Translations under genes and position numbers: made by a program | The notes under the pieces: generated by a model | What the model was told of the DNA's origin: nothing | Database searches by the model: none | The model's input: the letters and a program-made list of their open reading frames with translations, nothing else | Source: Promethearchaeota archaeon | Lineage (GTDB): Archaea; Asgardarchaeota; Lokiarchaeia; Sigyniarchaeales; SOKP01 | Direction: 5' to 3' | NCBI GenBank assembly: GCA_048939995.1 | Contig: JBHLOY010000004.1 | Coordinates: forward strand, 219,483-283,482 | DNA length: 64,000 nucleotides | In this document: one piece after another, positions 28,671 through 39,809 of the stretch | Position numbering within the stretch: the first letter of the stretch is position 1 | How the letters are laid out: each line of letters starts with the position of its first letter

Positions 28671-29879
28671 TTAGTTATCTTTTATTTTATTCATTTCAAT
28701 TTTGATATGTTTCTGTAACTTCTCTATTTCTTTTATTTGTTTCTGAAATAAATCAATCTTCTTATTTAGTAATTGCTCTTCTGAAATTTTATCTAATTCG
28801 ATGTTTTTTTCTACTATGAGATAAGACTTAATTTGATTTAATGAAATTTCTATATTTGTTACATTTACTTTAATTCCCCGTTTATATTTCCTAAAAATCT
28901 CGACTATTGTTCTACAGTTCTCAATAAAGTTAGTCCATTGTTCTAAATCTTGGACATTCTTCAACACTTCAATTGTATCATTCATATTTTCCAGAAAGGC
29001 TAAAAAAATGTTTTTAGGATGTATATCTATAGAAGGCTCTTTTGATTTTGGTTCCAAGTTTATATCTTCTATAATATCTTTCGTATAGGTGATAGAAATT
29101 TGGTTCATATGCTCTTTGGTTTCACTTTTAGAATCATTAAATTCTTCAATTTCATCAATATCAGTTATCAATCTTAACTCATCGAGTTCAATCTGGGTAA
29201 TTAATGGCGTAAATCTTACCGAGAGGTGTTTTTTTCCATAATAATGGTTATTAACTCTTAAAACCTGAGTATAAACCTGTATAAAATCCTCACCAATAGG
29301 GGCGAATAAAACACCATAATTATGATCGAGTTGATCTAACAAGGGATATATTTTTTCTTGCCTAATAGCACCTGTTACTAAAATCTTTTTCCAAGGGCTC
29401 ATCTCTGGTAGGCCATTTAAAGGATTCTTCACTAAAATTTGAATTTTATTGCTCAAACCATGACGTTCTAGATTTCCTTGAGTAATTTTTGCTATTCTAG
29501 AATTCGCTTCTAAAATTACAATTTTTCCTTTTGGAGCTAGTTTATGTGCCAAAGCTGCGATATATCCACTTTTTGCCCCTAATATCAATAAGTCGTCATT
29601 TTCATTTAAGATCAAATTTTGAAGCATTATGGTAATCATATGAGGCGCTGAAACTGTCCTTAAATTTTCAGGCCGTTCCTTCTCATAGTAAAAAAGAACA
29701 GGCGCGTCATCATAGATTCTTACAGATGGTAATATTTCCTTGGGGATAAAATTATCTAGTCTTACATCTAAAAACGCTTTGAATAATCTAAGATCTTTTA
29801 GATACCCATTATATAATAATGATAATAGTAGTTGTATTTTTGAATAGAAATTATTAGTATTTTCCATAATATCTAACAA
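28671..29879 (-). CDS. Protein-L-isoaspartate O-methyltransferase-like protein with C-terminal helical extension
   Basis: TVSAPHM, LILGAKSGY.AA, PW.KILVTGA, L.APIG and VRFTPL motifs. Confidence 0.75.
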   Translation of the reverse strand: MLDIMENTNNFYSKIQLLLSLLYNGYLKDLRLFKAFLDVRLDNFIPKEILPSVRIYDDAPVLFYYEKERPENLRTVSAPHMITIMLQNLILNENDDLLILGAKSGYIAALAHKLAPKGKIVILEANSRIAKITQGNLERHGLSNKIQILVKNPLNGLPEMSPWKKILVTGAIRQEKIYPLLDQLDHNYGVLFAPIGEDFIQVYTQVLRVNNHYYGKKHLSVRFTPLITQIELDELRLITDIDEIEEFNDSKSETKEHMNQISITYTKDIIEDINLEPKSKEPSIDIHPKNIFLAFLENMNDTIEVLKNVQDLEQWTNFIENCRTIVEIFRKYKRGIKVNVTNIEISLNQIKSYLIVEKNIELDKISEEQLLNKKIDLFQKQIKEIEKLQKHIKIEMNKIKDN

Positions 29880-29974
29880 AATTATGATAAATCATGTTAT
29901 TATATCTTTTTATAATAATATATTTATAAAGTTATTTAACTCCACAATTCAAAAAATTCCCACACATTAAAATT

Positions 29975-30553
29975 ATGTTTGTATTATCAACTGAAGGCTT
30001 TCGAGAAGCAAGAATCACTTTTATTTTAATCACAATTAATATTGTTTCCTTTATATCGATCAACTTTGCTCTTGAGCCGAGTATATTCCTTTTATTAGTA
30101 CAAGATAACGATCGAATCATTAACTATTATGAATTTTGGCGATTAATTTCTGCAATGTTTCTTCATAATGATATTCTCCATATATTTTCCAATATGTTTG
30201 CACTATTAATATTTGGAACATTTATTGAATCCAACTTTTCACGAATAGCTTATATTGGTTTATATCTTATTTCAGGATTAATCGGAAATCTTTTTTCACT
30301 AATTTTACTCCCTTTAAATACGATTAGCCTAGGAGCATCAGGTTGCATTTTTGGATTAATTGGAGCAGCTCTTGCTTTTATTATAAAACAAAAGAATAGG
30401 ATCTTATTAATACTAAGTGGGATATATATTGTATATTTTATAATATCATCATTTTCACCGGGAATAAATTTTTATGCACATATTTTTGGATTATTGGGAG
30501 GTTTCTTTTTTAGCCTTTTCCTAAAAAAAAAGAAAAAAGTGGATCAATATTAA
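29975..30553 (+). CDS. Rhomboid family intramembrane serine protease
   Basis: WRL, FLH...HI..NM, GASG and AHIFG motifs. Confidence 0.92.
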   Translation: MFVLSTEGFREARITFILITINIVSFISINFALEPSIFLLLVQDNDRIINYYEFWRLISAMFLHNDILHIFSNMFALLIFGTFIESNFSRIAYIGLYLISGLIGNLFSLILLPLNTISLGASGCIFGLIGAALAFIIKQKNRILLILSGIYIVYFIISSFSPGINFYAHIFGLLGGFFFSLFLKKKKKVDQY

Positions 30554-30567
30554 TAATTTGAAAGATA

Positions 30568-31239
30568 TTAGGAAGATTTGGTTTTATTACTTCTTTCCTT
30601 CTTAATTTCCATGGAAAAATCTTTCGGACAGGATTTGTTTAATGGACAAACATTACACTTAGGATTATTAGGTAAACAACATTCCTGACCAAATCTAACG
30701 AGTAAGCGATTAATACGAATCCATTCCCTCTTAGGAATTAATATTTTTAATTCTTTCTCAGTATCTTGAGGATTTTTAGTTTTAACCCATCCTAACCTAT
30801 TACTTATCCTATGTACATGTGTATCTACAGGAATAGCAGGAATCTTAAAGGCGTAAACTAAAACGCAATTTGCGGTTTTTGCCCCTACACCTGGGAGGGT
30901 TAATAAATCTTCGAATTTATCTGGAACTATCCCCTTAAATTGTTCTAATAATACCTTGGAAACTTCTTTTATGCGAGTAGCTTTTACTTTATAGAAACCA
31001 GATTTAAAAATAAGCTGTTCCAATTCCACGATATCTGCGTTGGCAATTTCTTGTGGAGTATGATATCTAGCGAATAACATTTCAGTTGCTTCCTTAGTAT
31101 TTGCATCTCGAGTTCTTGCCGATAGTATAGTTGATATTAAAATTTTAAAAGGATCTTGCTTTTTATTTGCTAATTCATCCAAATGAGCTTCTCCTTTAAG
31201 TGCCCCTTCTATATTATCTAAAATTTCTGTAATCTCCAT
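30568..31239 (-). CDS. nth: Endonuclease III
   Basis: Hh[18 protein letters not shown]-x6-C-x2-C-x5-C Fe-S motif. Confidence 0.93.
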   Translation of the reverse strand: MEITEILDNIEGALKGEAHLDELANKKQDPFKILISTILSARTRDANTKEATEMLFARYHTPQEIANADIVELEQLIFKSGFYKVKATRIKEVSKVLLEQFKGIVPDKFEDLLTLPGVGAKTANCVLVYAFKIPAIPVDTHVHRISNRLGWVKTKNPQDTEKELKILIPKREWIRINRLLVRFGQECCLPNNPKCNVCPLNKSCPKDFSMEIKKERSNKTKSS

Positions 31240-31257
31240 ATAAAGCTCTTTTTAGGT

Positions 31258-32661
31258 TTATTTTTCAAATAAATAAATCTTCCTTTTAACGATTTGTCCT
31301 TTTTTAGCGTCAATCAACGCTCTTGTTTGGCTTTTTTGAAATTGTAACTTTCTATTGGACTTATTAATAATCCGATTAGTATCCAATAATGGAATTAACT
31401 TAAATTTATTTTCAATTGCGATCTTTTCGATATTTATTTGAACATCTCCTCCATCCAAAGTTTCGAAAATAGGAGAAATAATACAAATTCGCCCATTATC
31501 TTTAAGAACTTTATAACTTTCCTTAAATGTACTTTCATAGATTGGCTCTAGCTTAGATTCAATTAACGTTTTAGCCTCAGTATAGTATGGTTTTTCTGTA
31601 TAAAAAGGACCTAATTCTGGCTCGGTACATATTCCATCAAAAAACTTTTCTTTGAACACAACTGATAAGTTAACAATATCTGTCAAAATTATTTTATCCA
31701 TTAATAAGAGTGGGGTTGGTTCTTCAAGTTCATTTAATAACCAGTTTACATTTCTAATTGTATTATTAACCTTCACTTTATCTATGTCCGAACCATAAAT
31801 TTGAAAATCTTGAATTAAAGCAAACAAAAGAATAGTTCCATTTCCTACAAAAGGATCAAGGATGGTATTTTTATGCCTATTACCAAATAGATTCAAGAAA
31901 TTTAGCATAATCAGTGCTAATTTTGGTGATATACTACTCTTGAATTCTTTATATGGTCTCTCTTCATCAATCTTTTTTTTAAAATTTGGATCATCACAAG
32001 TATATGTTCTAGCAATATATACACCTTCTTCTGTAAAGCCAAAAATAATCTCAGCTCGATCTTTATTGAATAAACCATATTTAATAATATGATGTGGAAA
32101 AATAGGATTTAATGTTCCCTTTTTAATATATTCTTCTGGATATTGATAATATAATGCTTTTTTCACGCCCTTTTCTTTTAAAATATTCATTATTTCTTTA
32201 TTTAGAAAAGGTAAAAAATGTTTTACTAATACCTTTGAGTAATATTCCTCTTCATAAAGATTTGGGTATATGGAGACTGCATAAAATATACTTTCATTCT
32301 GTATTTTAAGAAATATTTTCTCTAAGCTAGCATCTAAGACTGATATAATCTTTTCTCGAACTTTTTGAATTTTTTTGAAATTATCAATCTTTAAAGGAAA
32401 CGCTTCAAATATATCATGAATATGGATGAAATCAAATATCCTTGCTACTTTTTGAGTCCCACCTAACATATATTGGAATTCCATGAGTTTATTAATATAA
32501 TGCTTATCTTTATGTAATTTCTCAAACTCAACAATGGCTATATTGGCTGAATAATCTGTAATTTTCCCCTTAAATTGGGAGTAATTCAAAACATTATCTA
32601 ATTCTGCTAAAGAAAGTTGCCAATTTGATCCTAAAACTATTAAAAATTTTTCCATCATCAA
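31258..32661 (-). CDS. TRM11-like SAM-dependent (tRNA) methyltransferase
   Basis: SISPKLA..M, LDPFVGNGT, GSDID and TEPELG motifs. Confidence 0.75.
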   Translation of the reverse strand: MMMEKFLIVLGSNWQLSLAELDNVLNYSQFKGKITDYSANIAIVEFEKLHKDKHYINKLMEFQYMLGGTQKVARIFDFIHIHDIFEAFPLKIDNFKKIQKVREKIISVLDASLEKIFLKIQNESIFYAVSIYPNLYEEEYYSKVLVKHFLPFLNKEIMNILKEKGVKKALYYQYPEEYIKKGTLNPIFPHHIIKYGLFNKDRAEIIFGFTEEGVYIARTYTCDDPNFKKKIDEERPYKEFKSSISPKLALIMLNFLNLFGNRHKNTILDPFVGNGTILLFALIQDFQIYGSDIDKVKVNNTIRNVNWLLNELEEPTPLLLMDKIILTDIVNLSVVFKEKFFDGICTEPELGPFYTEKPYYTEAKTLIESKLEPIYESTFKESYKVLKDNGRICIISPIFETLDGGDVQINIEKIAIENKFKLIPLLDTNRIINKSNRKLQFQKSQTRALIDAKKGQIVKRKIYLFEK

Positions 32662-32724
32662 TGTAATAACATTTTAGGGTTAAAAAAGAAGGATAAGATT
32701 TCTATTTTATTTTATTAAAATAAA

Positions 32725-33987
32725 TTATTCAATTCCAAATACAAATTTAATAACATCAATAATATCAGCCTTTCTTGCATTAGAAGGTAATTCTATCTCA
32801 TATTCACTGCAAAATTTTTTTAATTCCCTCACCGTCCAATCATTTAAATCTTCAGGTAATTTAGCCAATCCCTGCTTCATTTTCTCCTCTTTCTTAAAAT
32901 CAATTGTACGTTCTAATTTCTCCCCTGTCAAATCTTCAATTGCTCCCAGTATATCTTCTAAATCTTCTTTACTCCTTTCTGGAATAACCTCTAATAACTC
33001 TTCTTCGGGTTTTTCTTGATTTTCCAAAGCTTTTTTGATTGCTTCTAAATGTTCTTTTTTCCTTTCTAATTTATCTTTTTTTAATTTTTCAACTTCTTTC
33101 AAAATTTCATTATAATTATCCTTAAAATATTTTAGACTTGCATTAATCAGATCTGAAAAGTTATCCCAATCTTCTGCTCTTATAACAGAGCTAGCCCAAT
33201 GAAATAGATCTAATTGAAGATCAATTGTAATTACTTTTCCTTCCATTTCAATATCTGTGGTTAACCATCTCAAAATGTTAGCTATAATTAAATCATTATC
33301 AAATGCTGAAAAGCCATATTCACGTCCTAATGAAGATAAAATTGATAAAGTACCGAAAGCAACAACTTTTCCCTTGAAATACTCAACAGCTACCATTAAT
33401 GGAATTTTTGGGCAATCCTCCTCAATCCATTCCTCTCCATCAAATACATTTCTCCAGCAATTTAATCCTCCTTTAACAATCATTTCAATCCTAATGTTTT
33501 TTTCTTCTAAAAAGTCTAAAACTTCAATAGAGCATGGATTTGAGAGAACAATTTTCTTTATTTGTTCAGTTATAAAATGGGGTTTAAAATTTTGCAGTAA
33601 AGGGCGTTTTTGCAGATTAACATAAGTAACCGAATCAGATATTTCATCAGAAGCAAACTTAAACCCAAAATTACGTGTTAATTCATTTAAGTTGGTGCGG
33701 TTTAGATAATCTCCCCCTCTAGCTCCCATTATTAACAAACTTCCACCATTTCTTACAAAGTCCTCAAGAGTTTCTATCTCTTTCGGATTTAGACTAATAT
33801 TTTTAGGAGTTGATATAATTATTACATCATAATTTCCTAACTTCTCTGAGGAGAAACCAGCTTCAATTTTACCTAATTTATATCCAGAATTGAACAGGAA
33901 TTGGGTGAAATCAGCATAACTGGGAGCTTCTAGACTTAACATATTATTATGCGAGTAATCTAACCCAATTGCAATATCATTCTTCAT
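32725..33987 (-). CDS. GIFT (GldG/IFT52-like, DUF4350) domain protein with RHH-like and C-terminal HeH/SAP-like domains
   Basis: DYSHN, YDVIII..P, FVRNGGSLL, NLNELT..FG, GKVVAFG, DN....NILRWL; then ITIDL...SDLINASL; tail LNDWTVRELKKFC......ARKADII. Confidence 0.7.
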   Translation of the reverse strand: MKNDIAIGLDYSHNNMLSLEAPSYADFTQFLFNSGYKLGKIEAGFSSEKLGNYDVIIISTPKNISLNPKEIETLEDFVRNGGSLLIMGARGGDYLNRTNLNELTRNFGFKFASDEISDSVTYVNLQKRPLLQNFKPHFITEQIKKIVLSNPCSIEVLDFLEEKNIRIEMIVKGGLNCWRNVFDGEEWIEEDCPKIPLMVAVEYFKGKVVAFGTLSILSSLGREYGFSAFDNDLIIANILRWLTTDIEMEGKVITIDLQLDLFHWASSVIRAEDWDNFSDLINASLKYFKDNYNEILKEVEKLKKDKLERKKEHLEAIKKALENQEKPEEELLEVIPERSKEDLEDILGAIEDLTGEKLERTIDFKKEEKMKQGLAKLPEDLNDWTVRELKKFCSEYEIELPSNARKADIIDVIKFVFGIE

Positions 33988-34087
33988 AGTTTTTGATCAT
34001 TCCTTTTTACTCTGTTAAATAATAATACTTCTTATTTTTAAATTTCTTTTTAGCTCATTGTGTAATTTTTGATTAATCGAAGTAAAT

Positions 34088-34945
34088 CTAAGTCTTTAGG
34101 GCTAATATATCAATTACTGTATGGTATAAATTAGGTCCGTATGATTTAACAAATCGTTTCCCCAGAATTTTGCAATTTAAATTCTCTGTTTTAGCTATCG
34201 CTTTAAATTCCTCAAACAATAATAAATATTCTTCCTTTTTTGTGACTCCTTCATAGTGATATATCGTACCTTTTTCCTTTACAAGTGATAAAGCGTCTTT
34301 AACATAATCCTTTGGTGCAGGAAACACACCCATGATAACTCTATCTACTAATATTCCGGATTTACTTAATTTTATTACTTCTTGTTTACAATCCCCTTGA
34401 ATTGGAATGATAATATCCTCAAGATGATTAAGTTTAATATTTTCAACTAAATAGCGATACGCATCTGGATTTAATTCAATACTATAAATCCTTTTAGGTT
34501 TAGCATTTTTAGCAATCGGTAGAGAAAAATAACCTATTCCAGCAAACATATCCACGATAATTTCATTTTCTTTGACTAAAGTTGCCAAATACTTCCTCTC
34601 GTTCACATTGCCTTTACTAAACATTAATTTTGTAATATCAAATTTATATATCACATTATGTTCCTTATGTTCAACTATGGGGTTGTCTTCTCCTGCAATC
34701 AATTCCATTTTTTCTGGAGTTCTAAACTTTCCAACTATTTTACCAGAATTAAGATACACAGATCTATAATTGGGAAAAATATCTAAACATGCTTCCCCAA
34801 TCAAAAATCTGCTTTCAAAGAGTTTTGAGTCCAATCGCAATATTATAACCTTACCTAAATTTTGAAATCCGCTAGGTAGATAAGAAAGTTCTTGTTCTGT
34901 TAATACAGATTTTAGTTTTTGTTTAAGATTGTCTTTAAAACCCAT
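34088..34945 (-). CDS. Trm5/TYW2 (Taw2) family tRNA modification enzyme
   Basis: MFSKGNVNER, VDMFAGIGYF, IELNP and DRVIMG motifs. Confidence 0.85.
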   Translation of the reverse strand: MGFKDNLKQKLKSVLTEQELSYLPSGFQNLGKVIILRLDSKLFESRFLIGEACLDIFPNYRSVYLNSGKIVGKFRTPEKMELIAGEDNPIVEHKEHNVIYKFDITKLMFSKGNVNERKYLATLVKENEIIVDMFAGIGYFSLPIAKNAKPKRIYSIELNPDAYRYLVENIKLNHLEDIIIPIQGDCKQEVIKLSKSGILVDRVIMGVFPAPKDYVKDALSLVKEKGTIYHYEGVTKKEEYLLLFEEFKAIAKTENLNCKILGKRFVKSYGPNLYHTVIDILALKT

Positions 34946-35040
34946 GAATTATCATATAGGTGATTTATTCAATAATAAATTTATAAAATTGTCAAGTTAA
35001 ATTATTATATAATCATAAATCATTCATATTATTAGAATAT

Positions 35041-36945
35041 ATGAAAATTAAATTTAATAAAAAACAAAAAAATAATGAGTTTAATATGCCAAGCATAGAA
35101 GATGAAGAATTCCATATAGATGAATCGAAAGTATGGTTTACTGGTGGTTATTGGCCAGAAGGAGTTCCGCACCAATTAAAGGATATAGAAGATGTTGTAG
35201 TTTTGCCATTATGGGACTACTTTATAGATGCTGCTAACAGATATGAAACCTGGGACAAACATATTTGCGATTTTGTCTATGGTTCATATATTGAGCGCGT
35301 AACACTTAGAACTTTATTTGATTACGCTAAACGATTTGGGTCATTCCTCTATGATGATTTAGGTATCAGAAAGGGCGATGTAGTAGCAATAGACCTGCCA
35401 AATTCTATCAATTTTGTCGTAGCTTATATGGGATGTCAATATATAGGAGCTATTGCTCAAGGTATCAATCCTACTTATAGACCAATGGAACTTTTACACT
35501 CCTTAAACATGACTAACGCTAAAGTATTTGTAATGATGGATATGCTTTATATCGCAGGACCTAAGGATATCCTACCTAAAACAAGTGTGAAGTATGTAAT
35601 TCCTTCGAATTTTGCTGATTTTCTGACTGCTGATGAAGCCACAATCGAAAAATTAGGAATTCCAAATGCTAGAGATAAGATCCCAAATGAAACAGAACAC
35701 TATAAAGTATATTGGATGGATAAAATTATCAAGAATACAAAACCAATTGAAATAGAAACCAGAATTGATCCTTGGGTGGATCCAGCTGTCTATTTAATGA
35801 CGGGAGGAACTACTGGATTGCCAAAGGTGGCTATGCTCTCCCATGCGAATCTCAGCTGTAATCTTAATATGGCGAAACCTTGGACAAATCTGAAGGCGGG
35901 AATGATAACCATCGGATCTATTCCGTTTTTCCATAGCTTCGGTTTGACATGTGTTATGAATGCAGCTCTTGGTTTGGGAATGGTTATGCTTTTATTCCCA
36001 AAACCACCTTCAGATGATGTTTTGTGTGAAGCGATAAATAAAATAGATGCTCCTGAAGGAATAATGTATGTTGGTGTTGAAATGTTATTTAAAAGACTTA
36101 CCGATTTTGTAAATGAAATGGGAGTAGATGAATTCAAGAAAAAGTACGATTTTTGGAAGAAATTGAGATATGCAAATCAAGGTGCTGGACCTCTCCACGA
36201 CTATGTGCGAATTCCATTTGAAGAGATTTTCTGTTCAATACGTTCTGGTTATGGATTGACTGAGACATCTCCCATGCAAAGTATTGCTCCTTTTTGGGGA
36301 CCTACTAAAACTGGAAAATTAGGATTACCAATTCCTGGTGCTGATTGGGCTATTTTTGATTCTGAAAATTTTGAAGCAGGTCCAATCTGTGATGGCACCA
36401 AAGAAAGAGGCGGATTTGGAATAGAAAATACAGGAGAGATATGTTGCGCAGGACCGCATATTATGTTAGGCTATTTAGGTAAACAAAAAGAACAGGAAGA
36501 TAATATAAAGTATTGGGGTGGGAAGCGCTGGCTTCTTACGGGAGATATCGGATTCATGGATGAGCATGGATGGGTTGAAATACGAGATCGTAAGAAATCT
36601 CTAATAAAAGTTTCTGGTCATTCTGTATTTCCAAAAGAAGTGGAAGAGCTCATGGGTCATCATGAAATGATTGATGAAGTGGCTGTTGTTGGTTTACCTG
36701 ATGTAGAAAGAGGTGAACAAGTTAAGGCTTACATAACTTTAAAGAAGGGATTTAAAATCGATAGAGATATTACGATCGATGAATTAAAAGAATGGTGCTT
36801 AAATAATATGGCGAAATGGAAAGCCCCTAGTTTAATTGAAGTTATTAGGAAGATGCCTATAAGTATGACGGGTAAAGTACAACGGAGAGAGCTCCAAGAG
36901 AAAGATTTAGATAAAATTAAAGAAGGAAAAGAGATAAGAGGATAG
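35041..36945 (+). CDS. Long-chain fatty acid--CoA ligase
   Basis: MTGGTTGLPK, GYGLTE, TGDIG, DRKK.LI..SG and GKV.RR motifs; start may be ATG 35086. Confidence 0.92.
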   Translation: MKIKFNKKQKNNEFNMPSIEDEEFHIDESKVWFTGGYWPEGVPHQLKDIEDVVVLPLWDYFIDAANRYETWDKHICDFVYGSYIERVTLRTLFDYAKRFGSFLYDDLGIRKGDVVAIDLPNSINFVVAYMGCQYIGAIAQGINPTYRPMELLHSLNMTNAKVFVMMDMLYIAGPKDILPKTSVKYVIPSNFADFLTADEATIEKLGIPNARDKIPNETEHYKVYWMDKIIKNTKPIEIETRIDPWVDPAVYLMTGGTTGLPKVAMLSHANLSCNLNMAKPWTNLKAGMITIGSIPFFHSFGLTCVMNAALGLGMVMLLFPKPPSDDVLCEAINKIDAPEGIMYVGVEMLFKRLTDFVNEMGVDEFKKKYDFWKKLRYANQGAGPLHDYVRIPFEEIFCSIRSGYGLTETSPMQSIAPFWGPTKTGKLGLPIPGADWAIFDSENFEAGPICDGTKERGGFGIENTGEICCAGPHIMLGYLGKQKEQEDNIKYWGGKRWLLTGDIGFMDEHGWVEIRDRKKSLIKVSGHSVFPKEVEELMGHHEMIDEVAVVGLPDVERGEQVKAYITLKKGFKIDRDITIDELKEWCLNNMAKWKAPSLIEVIRKMPISMTGKVQRRELQEKDLDKIKEGKEIRG

Positions 36946-37103
36946 TTGTTCTTTTTTAATTAATTTTCTTTTTTTGACATAATTTTTAATACTAGTTTTT
37001 TTATTATACTTTTGTTATATATTTCGAGTGTTTTATACAAATTTTATTTCTAAATTTTAGGTTTAAGAATATATTTTCATCTTTATAAGTTGGTGGGGTT
37101 GAA

Positions 37104-37955
37104 ATGGAACAAGCTGTTAAAGAGTTAGAAATAGCATGTCCTGCTTGTGGGACTGCAAAAAGTTTAAGAATTCCACTAAAAGTTTTTTCTCAAAAGAAGT
37201 ATGGTTTCATAAAGATTCAAGTACCTCAGGGAGCTGTATGTGAAGATCGCTTCATGATTTTAGCAGATCCAACCGGTAAAATCTTAGGATATGAAACTAT
37301 AGATATGTTCATTTCGAAAATAAAACCTGGAGAAGAGGTTCAAGAAGAACAACCAAAAGAGTCTTCTATTAGAAACTTTATTCGTGAATTCGGTTTCAAT
37401 TGTGTCGCTGGATTAATCCACGCTAATTTATTTGGCTATCCATGCTTTATTATCAGTAAAATGAATGAGAATATAAATGTAGATTCTCTAAATCATATTA
37501 TTGATGAATTAATTCCTGAAAATTATAGAAATTCTCATGTATTAGAAAAAATTGAATATGATCCGGAAATATATCCAAATCCTGGTTTTTATTACGCTAT
37601 GGTTGCTGATCAACAGAAATTAGATTTTCTAATAAATTCTTACAAGCATGTGATACAAGATCCTTTTGAGACGGATATAAAATATGAACAAGTAATTCTA
37701 AGAAATGCACTAAAAGAGAAGAATGAAAATGGAATTCAATTCAAGGTAATAGCAGATTCTATTCTGCGATTTATAAGAGACGTTGAATTTGCGGTTTCAA
37801 TCCTTAATGCCTGTAATAAAATATCAGAGAAAGATTTAATTAAAGAAATGAATGATCGCTTAACGTTTTCTTCAGTTAATAAATCACGTATGAGATATAT
37901 TAAAGAATTTATTAGTCGAAGAGTTTCGCCTATTTTAGTTTCAAAAATTAAATAA
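37104..37955 (+). CDS. Hypothetical protein with N-terminal Zn-binding-like motif
   Basis: CPACG...VCEDRF; good RBS (GGTGGGG); no further motifs recognised. Confidence 0.65.
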   Translation: MEQAVKELEIACPACGTAKSLRIPLKVFSQKKYGFIKIQVPQGAVCEDRFMILADPTGKILGYETIDMFISKIKPGEEVQEEQPKESSIRNFIREFGFNCVAGLIHANLFGYPCFIISKMNENINVDSLNHIIDELIPENYRNSHVLEKIEYDPEIYPNPGFYYAMVADQQKLDFLINSYKHVIQDPFETDIKYEQVILRNALKEKNENGIQFKVIADSILRFIRDVEFAVSILNACNKISEKDLIKEMNDRLTFSSVNKSRMRYIKEFISRRVSPILVSKIK

Positions 37956-37978
37956 GAAAAAAATAATTTATTATGAAT

Positions 37979-39607
37979 TCATTGGAAGTTAAGTCTCTTA
38001 TAGATTTTTCTCATAATCTTATAAATATTTAAATATTCATTGAAGAGTTTATCATAGATTTCTCTATTATCTGGATCTGGTTTAAAGATATTTGAATACT
38101 CAATATGCTTTGGAATGTGATCCCAATCAATATAACCAAGCCCAACTGAAGCAATAAATGCTGCTCCACGAGCATTTGCTTGTATAGGATTTTCTACTTG
38201 CTTTATTGTTCGATTTAATACATCAGCAAAAATCTGACACCATATATTGCTGCTAGCTCCTCCTCCAATGATATTTATTTCTGGAATAACAACTTGCTTC
38301 TTTGGTATACTAATTCCTCCCTTTTTCTTTAATTTTCTTACAAATCTTTCGACATACATAAAAAGCCATCTAACATTATAAGCTACACCTTCAAAAATTG
38401 CCCTAATTAAATGCTTCCTCGACATTTCTAAAGATATGTTATATAATCCTCCTCTAATTGTGTGATCATCTATAGGCGCTCTCTCTCCTATAAGCCATGG
38501 AGTAAAAATAAGATCATTTGAACCAGGTGGCGTTTCTTCAACAATCTTATCAAAGATTTTATAGACATCAGGAACAGCTTCTTCCCTTAAAAGTTCATCT
38601 TTATGGTAAAGTATTTTATCCCTAAGAAACGATAAAGTGCCACCTGCTATTTCTTGTTCATTGATTATCATATATCTACCAGGAATTCCTGAAGCAATAG
38701 CGCCCATATTATGAAAAATATCGGTCTTTTTGAAAGGAATATGACAAACTAACCAATCACTAGTTCCAATGTATAAATGTGTCTCATAATCCCGAACAGC
38801 CCCTGAACCAATAGCAGCAGATGGGACATCAGGAGCTCCAGCAACGACTTTTGTGTTCTTATCTAATCCTAATTCATCAGCTATCTCATTCTTTATTGGA
38901 CCTAGAATATCAGTCGAATTTAATAACTCAGAAGGAAATTTTTCCATATCTATTTTTAGCATTTTGATTAATTTTTTAGAATAACTAATATTGTTAATAT
39001 CTCTAATATCAGTTAACCAATGAATTCCTATAGTTGTATATGATGAGGCAAATTTTCCAGTTAATCTTAGATTAATATAATCTTGAGGCTCTAAAAACAT
39101 AAATGACTTTTCATAAATCTCTGGATGTTCATTTTTAAGCCATAATATATGTGCAACAGGATCTTTTCCACTTAAGGTTGGAGCTCCACCAGTTCTTTTA
39201 ACAAACTTTAATGCTTTAATTACATTTACTCCTCCAAATTGAAGTAGACCCTTATAAAACTTTTGAATCTCGGATGCTCCGCGAATATCCATCCAAATTA
39301 TCGCGTTCATTAAATGATTACCATCTTTATCTAATGGCACTGTACCACTCCATTGACTTGTAGTACATACTCCTACAATGTCTTCCACAGGAACGCATCC
39401 ACTATCAATTACTTGTTTAGCTGTTTTTAATATAGCATCCCACCATTGATCTGGATTTTGCTCCGCTCCTCCTCCTTTTGTTACATGCAAAGGGACCTCT
39501 TGGAAAGCCCATTCAAGTACATCCCCGTGAGTGGACACGATTGCACTTTTAGGTCCTCCTGTTCCATTATCTATAGCAAGTATATATTTTTTTTCAGTAT
39601 TCGTCAT
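37979..39607 (-). CDS. FGGY family carbohydrate kinase (xylulokinase-like)
   Basis: AIDNGTGGPK, AEQNP, WMDIR, GERAP, RAIFEGVA and GGGA.S..WCQIFADV motifs; ATG 39607. Confidence 0.9.
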   Translation of the reverse strand: MTNTEKKYILAIDNGTGGPKSAIVSTHGDVLEWAFQEVPLHVTKGGGAEQNPDQWWDAILKTAKQVIDSGCVPVEDIVGVCTTSQWSGTVPLDKDGNHLMNAIIWMDIRGASEIQKFYKGLLQFGGVNVIKALKFVKRTGGAPTLSGKDPVAHILWLKNEHPEIYEKSFMFLEPQDYINLRLTGKFASSYTTIGIHWLTDIRDINNISYSKKLIKMLKIDMEKFPSELLNSTDILGPIKNEIADELGLDKNTKVVAGAPDVPSAAIGSGAVRDYETHLYIGTSDWLVCHIPFKKTDIFHNMGAIASGIPGRYMIINEQEIAGGTLSFLRDKILYHKDELLREEAVPDVYKIFDKIVEETPPGSNDLIFTPWLIGERAPIDDHTIRGGLYNISLEMSRKHLIRAIFEGVAYNVRWLFMYVERFVRKLKKKGGISIPKKQVVIPEINIIGGGASSNIWCQIFADVLNRTIKQVENPIQANARGAAFIASVGLGYIDWDHIPKHIEYSNIFKPDPDNREIYDKLFNEYLNIYKIMRKIYKRLNFQ

Positions 39608-39809
39608 AATTAAATTAAATGTTGTACACCTAAATAAAGGTTCTTTACCAAGAATCAAAGAAGTATTGTTTTAAACCTTTTTTTGAATTCAAATCAATGA
39701 AAAATGATCATATATAAATATGTCAAATTTTATCATTAGGTCAAGGTTAAGGCGTTAATAAGTCGGCTTTCTCTAATTTTAAGATATTAAGTCAGATTAA
39801 TTTTGAATA

